The notes below the pieces were generated by a model. It saw only the letters and a list, made by a program, of their open reading frames with translations, ran no database searches and was not told the origin of the DNA. DNA of 64,000 nucleotides from an uncultured Gammaproteobacteria bacterium. GTDB taxonomy: Bacteria > Patescibacteriota > Patescibacteriia > S139-126. Positions 1 to 10,400 of the stretch are shown piece after piece. A program made the position numbers and the translations under genes. The stretch is taken from assembly GCA_964620905.1 (NCBI GenBank), contig CAZUKA010000001.1:222524-286523 (forward strand), read 5' to 3'. How positions within the stretch are numbered: position 1 is the first letter of the stretch; every line of letters begins with the position of its first letter.

Positions 1-1070
1 CAACTAGTAAATCTACCAATATCACGGAAAGTGACTACTAAAATCAGTAGCAATAAAAACATAAAACCTAAGTTGTGTATAATTGCTTCAATTTTTTGAT
101 TTATTGGTCGGCGCATTATTTTTTCAATTCCTAAAAACAACACTCTTCCTCCATCCAAAGCCGGAAAAGGAAAAATATTTATAATCGCCAAATTGATAGA
201 TAACAGGGCAGCAAACTGCAATATATAAATAAAACCTAAATTGACCACCTGGCCAGTCAAAACCGCAATTCCCACGGGTCCGGCAATGTCAGCTCCCAAA
301 GAACCGGTAGTAAACAAGTTTTTCAGCATATTACCCAATGCTATTAAAATTTGTAGAGTGGTAAAAAATGTAGCTTTAGCACCTTCCCATAAAGACTGGT
401 ACCATGGATAAGAAATAATACCAGTTTTAACCAAAGCCACACCCAAAACCGGTCGTTCCGCTTGGGGGAGCTGTTGAGGGGTAATTTCTTGGTTTAATAT
501 TTGTTCTCCCCTTTGTAAAGTCAGATTAATTGATTGGTTAACTTTGCCACCAATATAGCTTTGTAGTTGTTCTATTTCTGTAAATTTATTTTCGTCCAAA
601 AATAAAATAACATCACCAACCAAAATACCAGCACTAGCTGCAGGAGAATTGGCTTCTATTGAAATTACTTGAATTTTTTGATCACGAACGTATTTGCCAT
701 TTGCATCATCAACAACCTGAGGTAAACCTATACTAAAACCTATGGTAAAAAGTACCCACGCCAAAACAATATTCATTGACACACCAGCAACCAATACAAT
801 CAATCTTTGCCAAGGTTTTTTACTGGCAAAACTATCTTGTTCTTCTCGATGGTCACCGGATTCGCCTTTGATCTTCACAAAACCGCCCAAAGGCAACCAA
901 TTTAGAGTATAAAGTGTCCCCGCTTTAATAAATAATTTTTTTGCTCGTGGCGGGAAACCAAAACCAAACTCCTCAACTTTCATACCAAAACGTTTGGCAG
1001 TGGCAAAATGACCAAGTTCATGAACAAAAACTAAAATTGCTAAAATAATTAAAAAAACAAGTACAGTCAT
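1..1070 (-). CDS. rseP: RIP metalloprotease RseP (M50 family, PDZ domain); 3' end runs off the window
   Basis: Not in the ORF track. Manual translation from ATG 1070 gives MTVLVFLIILAILVFVHELGHF (HExxH), then LNWLPLGGFV and, near the window start, NIFPFPALDGG. Confidence 0.93.
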   Translation of the reverse strand, partial: MTVLVFLIILAILVFVHELGHFATAKRFGMKVEEFGFGFPPRAKKLFIKAGTLYTLNWLPLGGFVKIKGESGDHREEQDSFASKKPWQRLIVLVAGVSMNIVLAWVLFTIGFSIGLPQVVDDANGKYVRDQKIQVISIEANSPAASAGILVGDVILFLDENKFTEIEQLQSYIGGKVNQSINLTLQRGEQILNQEITPQQLPQAERPVLGVALVKTGIISYPWYQSLWEGAKATFFTTLQILIALGNMLKNLFTTGSLGADIAGPVGIAVLTGQVVNLGFIYILQFAALLSINLAIINIFPFPALDGGRVLFLGIEKIMRRPINQKIEAIIHNLGFMFLLLLILVVTFRDIGRFTS

Positions 1071-1079
1071 AAATTTAAA

Positions 1080-1622
1080 TTAAACCGACATTATTTCTTT
1101 TTCTTTTTGTTCTCCCAATTCTTTGATTTGTTCATTATAACTATCAACCTCACTTTGCAATTGTTTTTGCTGTTTAAAAAATTCATCCTCACCAATCTCA
1201 CCTTTTTCTTTGTTGGCTTTTAAAATTTTAATAATTTCTTCCCTGATACGTCTTACGGAAATTCTTGATTCTTCCAATTTTTGATTTAATATTTTAATTA
1301 TATCACGTCGCGTTTCTTCAGTGAGAGGTGGGATTTGGATACGAATTACCGCTCCGTCATTGTTGGGAGTTAAATTTATTTGTGCTTCCAAAATCCCCTT
1401 TTCCACATCTTTCAACAACCCCTTATCCCAAGGCTCAATCACTATTAGTCGCGGCTCAGGCGTATGAATACTAGCCAACTGTTTTAGTGGGGTACGGACA
1501 TTATAAGCATTAATTGGTATATTTTCTACCAAAGCTGGAGTAGCGCGACCGCTGCGTAAAGTCTGTAATTCAATTTTCAAATGCTCTAATATTTTAGTAA
1601 ATTGTTCTTTTTTAAGATCCAT
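1080..1622 (-). CDS. frr: Ribosome recycling factor
   Basis: LRSGRATP, IEPWDK, IPPLTEETR motifs. Likely start is MDLKKEQF at 1622, because the ORF-track start at 1685 overlaps the upstream gene. Confidence 0.96.
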   Translation of the reverse strand: MDLKKEQFTKILEHLKIELQTLRSGRATPALVENIPINAYNVRTPLKQLASIHTPEPRLIVIEPWDKGLLKDVEKGILEAQINLTPNNDGAVIRIQIPPLTEETRRDIIKILNQKLEESRISVRRIREEIIKILKANKEKGEIGEDEFFKQQKQLQSEVDSYNEQIKELGEQKEKEIMSV

Positions 1623-1641
1623 ATAATATAAATTAGTTTTT

Positions 1642-2712
1642 TTATTTAGCAGGCAACCAACTGCCAATATACAAAGTATTGGCATTTTCTGGATTCAACA
1701 AGCACGTTCTGATTTGTCGACTGGTTGGTGATTTAATTGTAGTCCAATTAGCCCCCCCATCTACAGTCCGATAAATACCCTTATCAGTACAGTAATAGAT
1801 CTCATTGGTATTTTGCTTATTTAAAGCTAAACCTTTGATATTAACAGTATTTGGTTGTTGCAATAAAATATAAGCTTGCCAATCAGCTCCGGAATTTTCA
1901 CTTCGCAACAAGCCATATTTAGAAGCAATTAATAACCCATCTTCAAATTCAGGCAAAAACTCCAAAGCGTAGACTTCGTCTGCGTTTTTTAAATCAAGCT
2001 CAGTAAAACGTGGGGATAAATTTTCCCAAGTTAAACCTTTATCCGGTGAACGTTGAAAGCCGTTTCGTAGAGTTGCATACATAATTCTAGGATTCTTGGG
2101 ATTGATCTTGATTCCAGTGACAGCCGAGTTGAAATTGGGTTTTATCACTTGCCAGCTTTGGCCACTGTCTTGTGATAAAATAATTTCACCACGATTACTT
2201 ACATTTGTACCCATAAAAATTCTAGTTTGATCTTCTGGATCAATATATATTTTGGTAATAGTGGCGTTGTTTCTTTTTTCAAAAAATACTGACTCCCATT
2301 TACGACCACAATCAATTGATTTAAATATTTCTTTAGCTGCTGCGGCATAAATGGTACAGGGTGATTTATAATCTACTGCCAAAGAAATTATATTACCTTT
2401 ATTGGTCAAAACTGGTCGCCAACTGTCACCTCCATCCCAAGTAACAAAGACACCTTGTTCTCTGGTACTAGCATAAATTGTTCGACTATCTGTTGGGTCT
2501 TGATATAACCATAAAACATTTTGATTGGAAAAACTGGTGCTTTCAGCTCCAACTTTCATTAAACTTGATTTTTGTTCCCAAGTAGTAGCACTATCTAAAG
2601 AACGATAGATACCACCATCAGGGGGTGCTTGAGTTTTAACTTTAAAAATACAACCGGTTAAAAACATTGGCAAAACAAAAATTAGTAAAATAAAATGTAA
2701 TTTTTTTTTCAT
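1642..2712 (-). CDS. Lipoprotein with BNR/Asp-box beta-propeller repeats (YCF48/sortilin-like)
   Basis: Lipobox FLTG-C. Repeated SxDxGxxW Asp-boxes (TWDGGDSW, SIDCGRKW, SQDSGQSW, SPDKGLTW, TVDGGANW). Confidence 0.8.
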   Translation of the reverse strand: MKKKLHFILLIFVLPMFLTGCIFKVKTQAPPDGGIYRSLDSATTWEQKSSLMKVGAESTSFSNQNVLWLYQDPTDSRTIYASTREQGVFVTWDGGDSWRPVLTNKGNIISLAVDYKSPCTIYAAAAKEIFKSIDCGRKWESVFFEKRNNATITKIYIDPEDQTRIFMGTNVSNRGEIILSQDSGQSWQVIKPNFNSAVTGIKINPKNPRIMYATLRNGFQRSPDKGLTWENLSPRFTELDLKNADEVYALEFLPEFEDGLLIASKYGLLRSENSGADWQAYILLQQPNTVNIKGLALNKQNTNEIYYCTDKGIYRTVDGGANWTTIKSPTSRQIRTCLLNPENANTLYIGSWLPAK

Positions 2713-2716
2713 AAAT

Positions 2717-3724
2717 TTATATAATATTTAAATACAAATTTTCCAAAGCCAACTGGGAATTTAGATTAGCTTGATTCAAATTACGTAAATCATTCATTCT
2801 CTCCAAAACATTTTTTATTTCTTGTGACGTAAAATGTCGGGCAAATTTCTCCAAAGATACTCGCAATTCTTGGTATCTTATTTGTGTTGTTAAACCAATT
2901 TTTATCAATAAAACATCTCTAAAGACTCTAGTCCAAATGTCCAACTCCTTATTGGTTAAAAGACTCCTTTCTGTAAAGAATTTTTTTGTTGTGATTTCTT
3001 TTTTTATAAACGCAAATTTTTTGTCAAGAGTTTGACTATAAAGTAATAACTTACTTTTAACATTTTCATTTTCAGCTAACCAAAAATCTTCATTTTTTAA
3101 ATACTCATCAATCAAACTTGGCAATCCTTGAGTAATTCGATAAATGTTTTCAATTTGCTCAGAATTTAATTTTTTTATTAATAAATAATTTGTCAATTCT
3201 TTTTTACCAATATGAGCAAACTGAACTATTTGACAACGGGAGACAACAGTTGCAGGCAAAAAATCTTTATGTTCGGCAGTCAATATAAAAATCGTATTAC
3301 CAGCTGGTTCTTCTAAACTTTTTAGTAAGGCATTGGCGGCTTCTTCGTTCATTGTTTCTGCCTCATGAACTATCACTACTTTGTGCTGGGCTGACATTGA
3401 CCGTAATGATAACCTTTGAATAAGTTCCCTAATCTGCTCAATTGTTATATTTTTACTATCAGCATTTTTTTTCAAAATATAAAGATCAGGATGAATACCT
3501 AATTTTACTTGACGACAATGTTCACATTGATTGCAAGGTACAATTTCTTTTTTTGAATTTTCACCACAAAAAATTATTTGGCTAAAAAAATCTGCGGTTA
3601 TATTTTTATTTGTCCCCTTTGGCCCAATAAACAAATAAGCATGAACAAAATCACGTCTTTTAGCTAGTCGTATTAAAAAATTTTGTACACTCTGACCTAC
3701 ACAAATTTCAGAAAATATATTCAT
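2717..3724 (-). CDS. holB: DNA polymerase III delta' subunit
   Basis: HAYLFIGPKG, zinc motif CNQCEHC, HPDL, EAANALLKSLEEP, TVVSRC. Confidence 0.92.
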   Translation of the reverse strand: MNIFSEICVGQSVQNFLIRLAKRRDFVHAYLFIGPKGTNKNITADFFSQIIFCGENSKKEIVPCNQCEHCRQVKLGIHPDLYILKKNADSKNITIEQIRELIQRLSLRSMSAQHKVVIVHEAETMNEEAANALLKSLEEPAGNTIFILTAEHKDFLPATVVSRCQIVQFAHIGKKELTNYLLIKKLNSEQIENIYRITQGLPSLIDEYLKNEDFWLAENENVKSKLLLYSQTLDKKFAFIKKEITTKKFFTERSLLTNKELDIWTRVFRDVLLIKIGLTTQIRYQELRVSLEKFARHFTSQEIKNVLERMNDLRNLNQANLNSQLALENLYLNII

Positions 3725-3807
3725 AATTTAACTATAAAATAACACAAAAATGAGTTTTTGGCAAATTAAAAAAGTTCGATGTTATCAGTTTATTATTTAC
3801 TAAAAGA

Positions 3808-4905
3808 TTAACTAACCAAAAATTTTAAAGTTTTTTCTGCAACTTTTAGCCAATCAAATTGTTCCGCGTGTTTTAGACCCTGATTAACTAATGTTTGACG
3901 CGCGGCGAAATCAACATTTATTCTTTTGAGCAAAGCCACTAATTCAGATTTATTATCTGGCTCAAAATACCAAGCTGCCTGACCCCCTATTTCCGGCAAT
4001 GAGGTTGTATTGGAACAAATCACCGGACAGCCACAAGCCATAGCTTGAATAACAGGTAAACCAAAACCTTCAAACAGAGAAGGAAAAACAAAAGCTCTGG
4101 CCAAATTCAATATAACCGGAACATCTTCCTCGGCAATATATTCTAAATATTTTATTTTATCATTATGGTGGATAGCTTTTAATATATCATCCCCACCAAA
4201 ACCTAAACGACCTGCTAAGACTAAATTAAAGTCAGGATTATGACTTAAAAAAAGTTCAAAAGCAGCAACTAGCAATTTAATATTTTTCTTTTTTTCCAGA
4301 CGACCAATATAAAAGAAAAACGGTTTGTTAAAATTGTATTTTTCTTTTATTTGGGTTAATAGAGATTTATCCTGGATAATTCTATATTTTGATTTATCAA
4401 ATCCCAGCGGCATAACAGCAATTTTATCGGGAGAAACATTAAATCTATTTAAGATATCATTTTTGGTAAACTGTGAAATAGTAATTATTCTTTTAGCAAA
4501 TTTAATCGACCACCAAGCACTAAACCGATGATAAAATCTTGCAAGGGTCTGATATATTTCTGGATTGTGCAGAAAACCCAAATCATGAATAGTAACAACA
4601 CAGCGACTACGGTGAAACAAGGGCACACTATGAGCCGGAACAAATAAAATATCAGGTGGATTAATTAACATTTCCCAGCTCAATCGTAAATGAGTCCAAA
4701 TGTATTTGACTGGCCAGGATAAAATCTTGACGTGGAAATTTGTGGATAAATTTAAGGGCAAATCAAATGCATCTTTTCTGGTATATAGCCAATACTCATT
4801 AGTTTTATCAATTTTAGATAAATATGAAATTAAATGATAAGAATACCATTCTGTTCCAGTTTTATACTTTTTCCCGGCTCGTGAGGCATCAATACCAATA
4901 ATCAT
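3808..4905 (-). CDS. GT4 family glycosyltransferase
   Basis: VVTIHDL, GRLEKKKN, FPSLFEGFGLPVIQAMACG. Confidence 0.92.
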   Translation of the reverse strand: MIIGIDASRAGKKYKTGTEWYSYHLISYLSKIDKTNEYWLYTRKDAFDLPLNLSTNFHVKILSWPVKYIWTHLRLSWEMLINPPDILFVPAHSVPLFHRSRCVVTIHDLGFLHNPEIYQTLARFYHRFSAWWSIKFAKRIITISQFTKNDILNRFNVSPDKIAVMPLGFDKSKYRIIQDKSLLTQIKEKYNFNKPFFFYIGRLEKKKNIKLLVAAFELFLSHNPDFNLVLAGRLGFGGDDILKAIHHNDKIKYLEYIAEEDVPVILNLARAFVFPSLFEGFGLPVIQAMACGCPVICSNTTSLPEIGGQAAWYFEPDNKSELVALLKRINVDFAARQTLVNQGLKHAEQFDWLKVAEKTLKFLVS

Positions 4906-4907
4906 AA

Positions 4908-5921
4908 CTATTTGGTGGCTAAAATACTTCGTTTATAGCTCTCTAAATTATCCAAAGCTATACCAGTACCTTTGACCACACATAACATCGGTTCATCAGC
5001 CACGTAAGCTGGTACACCTGTTGCTTGGGAAATCAAAGTATCTAATTTTCGCAAACTAGAAGTACCACCGGTAAACACAATACCTTTGTCTATGATATCG
5101 GCTGATAGTTCAGGTGGAGTTTTTTGCAAAACAGATTTAATGGCATTGATAATAGCTTCCAATTCATCCTGAATGGCTTCAGTTATATCATCAGAGGTTA
5201 AAGTAATAGTACGTGGTAAACCGGTAACCATATCACGACCACGAACTTCTTTACTCAAAACATCCTTGGAATCAAAAAAAAGAGCCGAACCAATATCTCT
5301 TTTGGCCTCTTCGGCTGTTTGTTCCCCGATGGCTAGATTGTACTTTCGACGGGTATAATCTTGAATTGCTGCGTCAAGTTTATTCCCCCCAACTCGAATT
5401 GAATTTGAAGCCACAATACCACCCAAAGAAATAACAGCTATTTCAGCAGTTCCACCACCAATATCAACTACCATATGACCAGAGGCAGAACCAATGGGAA
5501 TATTGGCCCCAATAGCTGCAGCAATCGGCTCTTTGATTATATAGGCTGCTTTGGCTCCCGCTGCCAAAGTAGCATCAATCACTGCTCGACGTTCTGTTGA
5601 AGTTATACCAGCTGGCACTGAAACCATGACCTCTGGTCGAAAAAATTTCACTCCACCCAATGACTTATTGATAAAATAACGTAACATCGCCTCAGTGGTT
5701 TTATAATCAGCAATTACACCATCTTTCAAAGGGCGTGAGGCAACAATCGTATCAGGTGTCCGACCTAACATTTCTTTGGCTTCCAATCCAACTGCTAAAA
5801 CCTTATTATCTATTTTTGAGACTGCTACAACTGATGGTTCATTGATAACTATTCCTCTTTTTGGTAGATGAACCAATGAATAAGTTGTCCCCAAATCAAT
5901 ACCAATTTTTTTAACAAACAT
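4908..5921 (-). CDS. mreB: Rod shape-determining protein MreB
   Basis: IGIDLGT, RPLKDGVIAD, EPIAAAIGA, DIGGGT, TGG. Likely start MFVKKIG at 5921. Confidence 0.96.
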   Translation of the reverse strand: MFVKKIGIDLGTTYSLVHLPKRGIVINEPSVVAVSKIDNKVLAVGLEAKEMLGRTPDTIVASRPLKDGVIADYKTTEAMLRYFINKSLGGVKFFRPEVMVSVPAGITSTERRAVIDATLAAGAKAAYIIKEPIAAAIGANIPIGSASGHMVVDIGGGTAEIAVISLGGIVASNSIRVGGNKLDAAIQDYTRRKYNLAIGEQTAEEAKRDIGSALFFDSKDVLSKEVRGRDMVTGLPRTITLTSDDITEAIQDELEAIINAIKSVLQKTPPELSADIIDKGIVFTGGTSSLRKLDTLISQATGVPAYVADEPMLCVVKGTGIALDNLESYKRSILATK

Positions 5922-5978
5922 AAAAATAAAATCAAAAGTCAAAATGAAAAAAATCAAAACTGATTAATATTTATACCA

Positions 5979-6007
5979 ATTTTACTCTTTTATTTTAAAA
6001 TTGTCAA
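5979..6007 (-). promoter_or_regulatory. Sigma70-type promoter for mreB
   Basis: Minus strand TTGACA (6007-6002), 17 nt spacer, TAAAAT (5984-5979). Confidence 0.65.
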
Positions 6008-6028
6008 TTTTTAGCTAAAATTAGATAA

Positions 6029-6811
6029 TTATCTTCTTGATTTAAATTTCCAAAAATACTTAAACCAAGACATTAGATGAATAAAGTTCAAACGAGAAAA
6101 AAATTTTTCTGCTGATTCTCGCATGTGATAATGGACCATTTTAGCATCTGATAAATAAACGATGCGCCAATTTTTTTGCCAAAAACGACGACACCAATCA
6201 GTATCTTCAACATACAAAAAATACCTTTCATCCAAAAGACCTACATCATTCAAAGCTTGTCTTTTTATCAATAAACATGCCCCCAAGGCCCAGTCAACTT
6301 CCCGGTTTGACTGATGATCCCAGTCACGATATAAATACCAATCTAACCATTTCTTAGCCCAGGAAATATCACCTAGCTTGGTCCGACGTAACAATGGTAA
6401 CCACCACTTAGGAAAATGCATCACCGAATACTGAATGCTACGATCGGGATTTAATAATTGTGGAACTACCATACCCACATCTTTATGTGATTGTAAGTAA
6501 TTATTCATTCTCTCAATTGCCTGCGGCAAAACAGCAATATCTGGATTCAAAATTAGAATTTGTTCTCCTTTAGCTTGCCTGATTCCAGCATTATTTCCTG
6601 CTGCAAAACCTTTGTTTTTTGGTAAATTAATAAACTTCACATCAGAAAAAAGTATTGGCAAATTATCCAATCCTTGTTTGGAGGCATTATCAACAACTAT
6701 GATTTCATATTCCAAACCAGTTAGGTTATTTATTATTCCTCTAAGACATTGCCTAACTAGACCTGCTGATTGATAATTTAATATTATAATGGAAAGTTCT
6801 GTTTTAACCAT
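6029..6811 (-). CDS. GT2 glycosyltransferase (WbbL/rhamnosyltransferase-like)
   Basis: VVDNAS, NKGFAAGNN, LNPD, FLYVEDTDWC. Confidence 0.88.
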   Translation of the reverse strand: MVKTELSIIILNYQSAGLVRQCLRGIINNLTGLEYEIIVVDNASKQGLDNLPILFSDVKFINLPKNKGFAAGNNAGIRQAKGEQILILNPDIAVLPQAIERMNNYLQSHKDVGMVVPQLLNPDRSIQYSVMHFPKWWLPLLRRTKLGDISWAKKWLDWYLYRDWDHQSNREVDWALGACLLIKRQALNDVGLLDERYFLYVEDTDWCRRFWQKNWRIVYLSDAKMVHYHMRESAEKFFSRLNFIHLMSWFKYFWKFKSRR

Positions 6812-7830
6812 AAAGCAATACCTGCTGATTTAATTTTCTTAGTTTTAAATATATAACGACGTTTTTCTTTGATAATTTTAAAATTTTTAAATATATCAAA
6901 CCATGACTTAAATAAAATTTGAGGCTGAAAAATCATTAAATAAATAATCTTTTTGCTTTCATAAACTAATAAATAAAAAAAATTGGGTAAAAATAAACGC
7001 AGACTAAGGTTTTTTATCAAGGTAATCAGATGATTACGATAGGAATAATAATTTATATAATATGGTTTGGTTTGATAACTGTTTTTCTTTTCCCATAAGG
7101 ATAGATCACCTTTTTGACGAGTCGCTGTACGTTTATGAAAAACAACTGCTTCAGGTAAATTGACAATATCCCAATTCCGCCACCGTAGTCGCCATGACAA
7201 ATCAATATCTTCTTTGTAAGAAATAAATAATTCATCAAAAAACTCTCGATCATAAGCTACATCATACAAAGCACTACGACGTAAAGCTACGGCCGTACCT
7301 GTAAATCCAAAAACTGGTTTTATTTCTTTTTGTTTATTTATTTCTACTTCACCTTCACCTAAATTTATAAACCGAAATTTTTTGTCAAAACCTAAACCCA
7401 TACTATCAATCACCTTAGTTGTATGATTATCCAACCATTTATAAATCAATGGATTTACTGCAGCAACTTTTGGATAGGTGTCTAAAAAAATCGTTAAATG
7501 AGAAAATAAATCCGGAGCCAAATAAACATCCTGGTTTAGCAATAATACATACCTTCCGCTAGTCCAATGAATTCCCTGGTTGTAAGCTTTAGCAAAACCA
7601 ACGTTCTGTTTATTTTTTACAATTGTTAAATTATTACCATATTTTTCAGCAATTATTTGCACGGTTTTATCTACTGAGTTATTATCAATAATTAAAATAT
7701 CAAAAAATTCATTAACCCGCTTTTGATAGTCAGGTGGCAAAATCTGGTTAAAAATTGAATCAAGACATTTTTCAATATAGGCTTGTCCATTCCAAGTCAC
7801 AATAATTATTGATATTTTAGGTTGTTTCAT
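6784..7830 (-). CDS. GT2 glycosyltransferase
   Basis: IIVTWN, DNNSVD, NVGFAKAYN, LNQD, YKEDIDLSWR. Confidence 0.88.
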   Translation of the reverse strand: MKQPKISIIIVTWNGQAYIEKCLDSIFNQILPPDYQKRVNEFFDILIIDNNSVDKTVQIIAEKYGNNLTIVKNKQNVGFAKAYNQGIHWTSGRYVLLLNQDVYLAPDLFSHLTIFLDTYPKVAAVNPLIYKWLDNHTTKVIDSMGLGFDKKFRFINLGEGEVEINKQKEIKPVFGFTGTAVALRRSALYDVAYDREFFDELFISYKEDIDLSWRLRWRNWDIVNLPEAVVFHKRTATRQKGDLSLWEKKNSYQTKPYYINYYSYRNHLITLIKNLSLRLFLPNFFYLLVYESKKIIYLMIFQPQILFKSWFDIFKNFKIIKEKRRYIFKTKKIKSAGIALWLKQNFPL

Positions 7831-9301
7831 AAATTTTTTTTTCCGATTTATTGACCACTGCGACCAACCAAAACAAAATTCCCAAGCCTAAAGGGTGATT
7901 TAGGTAAGGTGTAGTTAGATTGGTAATTAATATTGCCACAAAAGCAAGCAAAAAAGCAACCGACAAATCTGTTTTTGCTAGCCAGGCTCGACTTAAAAGC
8001 AAATAGATAAAATATAAATAGACAAAAGTACCAACTAATCCAAATTTCAAAAAAATATCAAGGTAGCCCCATTCAAAAGCGTAAGTTGAATAATTATCGG
8101 CATATTCTTGTCCTAAGGATAAAATTCTAGGATCTCTACTTTGATAACTGACAACCGAGCCAAAACCTGAACCAAAAAATAGATTATTCTTAATAGCCAA
8201 TAATAAAGGTTCTAGCTGTTGTAAACGAGTGTTACTAGCTGGTTCAGAAGAAAAATTTTGTAAGCGACCTATAAACAAATCGTTACTAGTAACTGTTACC
8301 GCTGGCCAGGGGAATCTAATAACAAAAAAAACTAAAAAAGCTGATAAGAAAATAATGCTAAATAAAATCAATTTATATTTTAAAAATTGCCATAAACTGT
8401 TTTTTTGGAAAAAAATATAAACTAATAATACTACTAAACCGCTGATTAAACCAAGCCAAAAAGACCTTGAATAACTCATCAAAACAACAGATAAACCAAA
8501 TATTGCCAGCAAACCTAATTGATAAAAAGATAAAATTTCTATTTTCTTTTGATAAGTACGCCACCATAAATAGATAATCACCAAAAGTAAAAACAATGCC
8601 ATAATCTGACTTTGCATAAAAACACGCCAAAAATTACCTGCGACAAAAGTAATTTCTCCTAGTCTAAAATCTCTTGTCCAAAGATACAACTCATTCGCTA
8701 AGACTAAAAAATTATGAGAAAAAATATATAACAATACAACAGTTTTAATCCATAACCAAATTATTCCTGATAACCATATATGCCATAAATCCGACAGATA
8801 TTTTTTATCAAAAAACAACCAAGGGATAAACAGTAATAAATAAAGCCAAGCATTGCCGTCAAAAATAACATCTACTAAATTATTTTTAAAAAAACCATTT
8901 ATAAAAACAAACAATAAATAAACCATTAAACCTAAATAAACAAAAAATATTTTTTTTTCAATCAGATTAAATTTCGTCAAACTGATTCGGTTTAAAAAAA
9001 AATATTTAACAGATGAAATGATTACAATTAACCAAATGAACATACGTAGTGACAATGTTTGACCAAATATATCAACAGAAAATATATAACCAAAAGATCC
9101 TACCAATAATTCACCACTGGCAATCAGCAGACCATAATTTAAATTTCGCCAAGTTAACCAGCCAATTATTGCCGCGACAAAAAAATATACCAACTCCCGG
9201 GTTACCGGTTGTTGCCAGGTAATAAATGACAGGACTTCTATCAACAGTATAATAAAAAAGTAAGTCAATATCTTTTCTCTTTTTATTTTTAAAAAATTCA
9301 T
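7817..9301 (-). CDS. O-antigen ligase/polymerase (Wzy_C-like) membrane protein
   Basis: More than 10 predicted TM segments, SYSRSFWLG, a periplasmic loop with FGSGFG, and a position inside a glycosyltransferase cluster. Confidence 0.75.
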   Translation of the reverse strand: MNFLKIKREKILTYFFIILLIEVLSFITWQQPVTRELVYFFVAAIIGWLTWRNLNYGLLIASGELLVGSFGYIFSVDIFGQTLSLRMFIWLIVIISSVKYFFLNRISLTKFNLIEKKIFFVYLGLMVYLLFVFINGFFKNNLVDVIFDGNAWLYLLLFIPWLFFDKKYLSDLWHIWLSGIIWLWIKTVVLLYIFSHNFLVLANELYLWTRDFRLGEITFVAGNFWRVFMQSQIMALFLLLVIIYLWWRTYQKKIEILSFYQLGLLAIFGLSVVLMSYSRSFWLGLISGLVVLLVYIFFQKNSLWQFLKYKLILFSIIFLSAFLVFFVIRFPWPAVTVTSNDLFIGRLQNFSSEPASNTRLQQLEPLLLAIKNNLFFGSGFGSVVSYQSRDPRILSLGQEYADNYSTYAFEWGYLDIFLKFGLVGTFVYLYFIYLLLSRAWLAKTDLSVAFLLAFVAILITNLTTPYLNHPLGLGILFWLVAVVNKSEKKIYETT

Positions 9302-10167
9302 TTTTTTCTATTTATTTTTTCCCAAGCTTGGACTAAAGCTGCTAAAATAATACTAAGAGGGTTAAATAGCTTTAAGAAATAATAAGCTAAACGGGAATGG
9401 TGTTTTGAAACATAATAAAATAAACTATTATTAAAAAGTCTTTGTTCGGAAATAGCAGCTAACTGTTTAAAACTAGCACCACGAAAATGAATAATTCTAA
9501 CAGCTGGTTCAAAATATATTTCAAAACCAGCTAGTCTTGCCCGTTTACAAAAATCTACTTCTTCAAACCAAATAAAAAAATTTTTGTCAAAACCATTTAA
9601 TTGCTCCCAAACTTCTCGTCGTAAAGCAAACAATGCACCCATCACTTGCTGAACATTAGCTGGCTGATCATAATTAAAATTGGAACATAAATATTTTTTT
9701 AAAACATTTGGAAACAAATGATGTAATTTTAAAAGAATAATCCACAAATCAAATACTCTGGGAAAATTTCTAACTGATGGTTGTATACTAAAATCAGGGT
9801 TTAAAATCTGTCCTCCTAAGACACCTATTTTTTTATTAGCTCTTATAGACTGATAAATAATTTCTAAAGTATCTGGATATAGCTTAATATCGTCATTTAA
9901 AAATAAAAAACACTCTCCCTGAGCAACCGCAACTCCTTGCCAACAAGCAGTGGCAAACCCTAAATTGGTATTATTCACGATCAATTTTACTTGGGAAAAT
10001 TTGTTTTTAACCATCTCTATACTACCGTCAGAAGAGGCATTATCAACCACAATAACTTCCAAAATCAAATTGGGTAAATTTTGGTAAATTGAAACTAGTG
10101 TTTGCTCTAATAAATCACGTACCCGCCAAGAAACAATAATAATTGATAAATTTATTTGTTCAGACAT
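9298..10167 (-). CDS. GT2 glycosyltransferase
   Basis: VVDNASSDGS, NLGFA, FLNDD, WFEEVDFC. Confidence 0.88.
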   Translation of the reverse strand: MSEQINLSIIIVSWRVRDLLEQTLVSIYQNLPNLILEVIVVDNASSDGSIEMVKNKFSQVKLIVNNTNLGFATACWQGVAVAQGECFLFLNDDIKLYPDTLEIIYQSIRANKKIGVLGGQILNPDFSIQPSVRNFPRVFDLWIILLKLHHLFPNVLKKYLCSNFNYDQPANVQQVMGALFALRREVWEQLNGFDKNFFIWFEEVDFCKRARLAGFEIYFEPAVRIIHFRGASFKQLAAISEQRLFNNSLFYYVSKHHSRLAYYFLKLFNPLSIILAALVQAWEKINRKK

Positions 10168-10206
10168 AGATATATTTTACCTTTTTTTAACAAACAAAAA
10201 AAGTGT

Positions 10207-10230
10207 AAAAAAAGCCCCAATCAGGGCTTT
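10207..10230 (-). terminator. Intrinsic terminator after the small membrane ORF
   Basis: Minus strand AAAGCCC-TGATTG-GGGCTTT followed by a T run. Confidence 0.65.
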
Positions 10231-10348
10231 ACCAACCAGGTTTAATTTTATTTTTGTATCGCATCCTGTGGAATAATTCCCTAGGGAAAAATATCCCCAA
10301 ACCAAAGCAAATGAGCAAAAATAAAATCACAAGTAGATTACGTATCAT
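10229..10348 (-). CDS. Unannotated 39-aa single-TM microprotein
   Basis: Manual translation MIRNLLVILFLLICFGLGIFFPRELFHRMRYKNKIKPGW*. AAGGAGGA lies just upstream and a terminator follows the stop. Confidence 0.55.
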   Translation of the reverse strand: MIRNLLVILFLLICFGLGIFFPRELFHRMRYKNKIKPGW

Positions 10349-10400
10349 TATCCTCCTTATTTATATGTAGAGATAATAATAAAATATTAAATACATGCAG

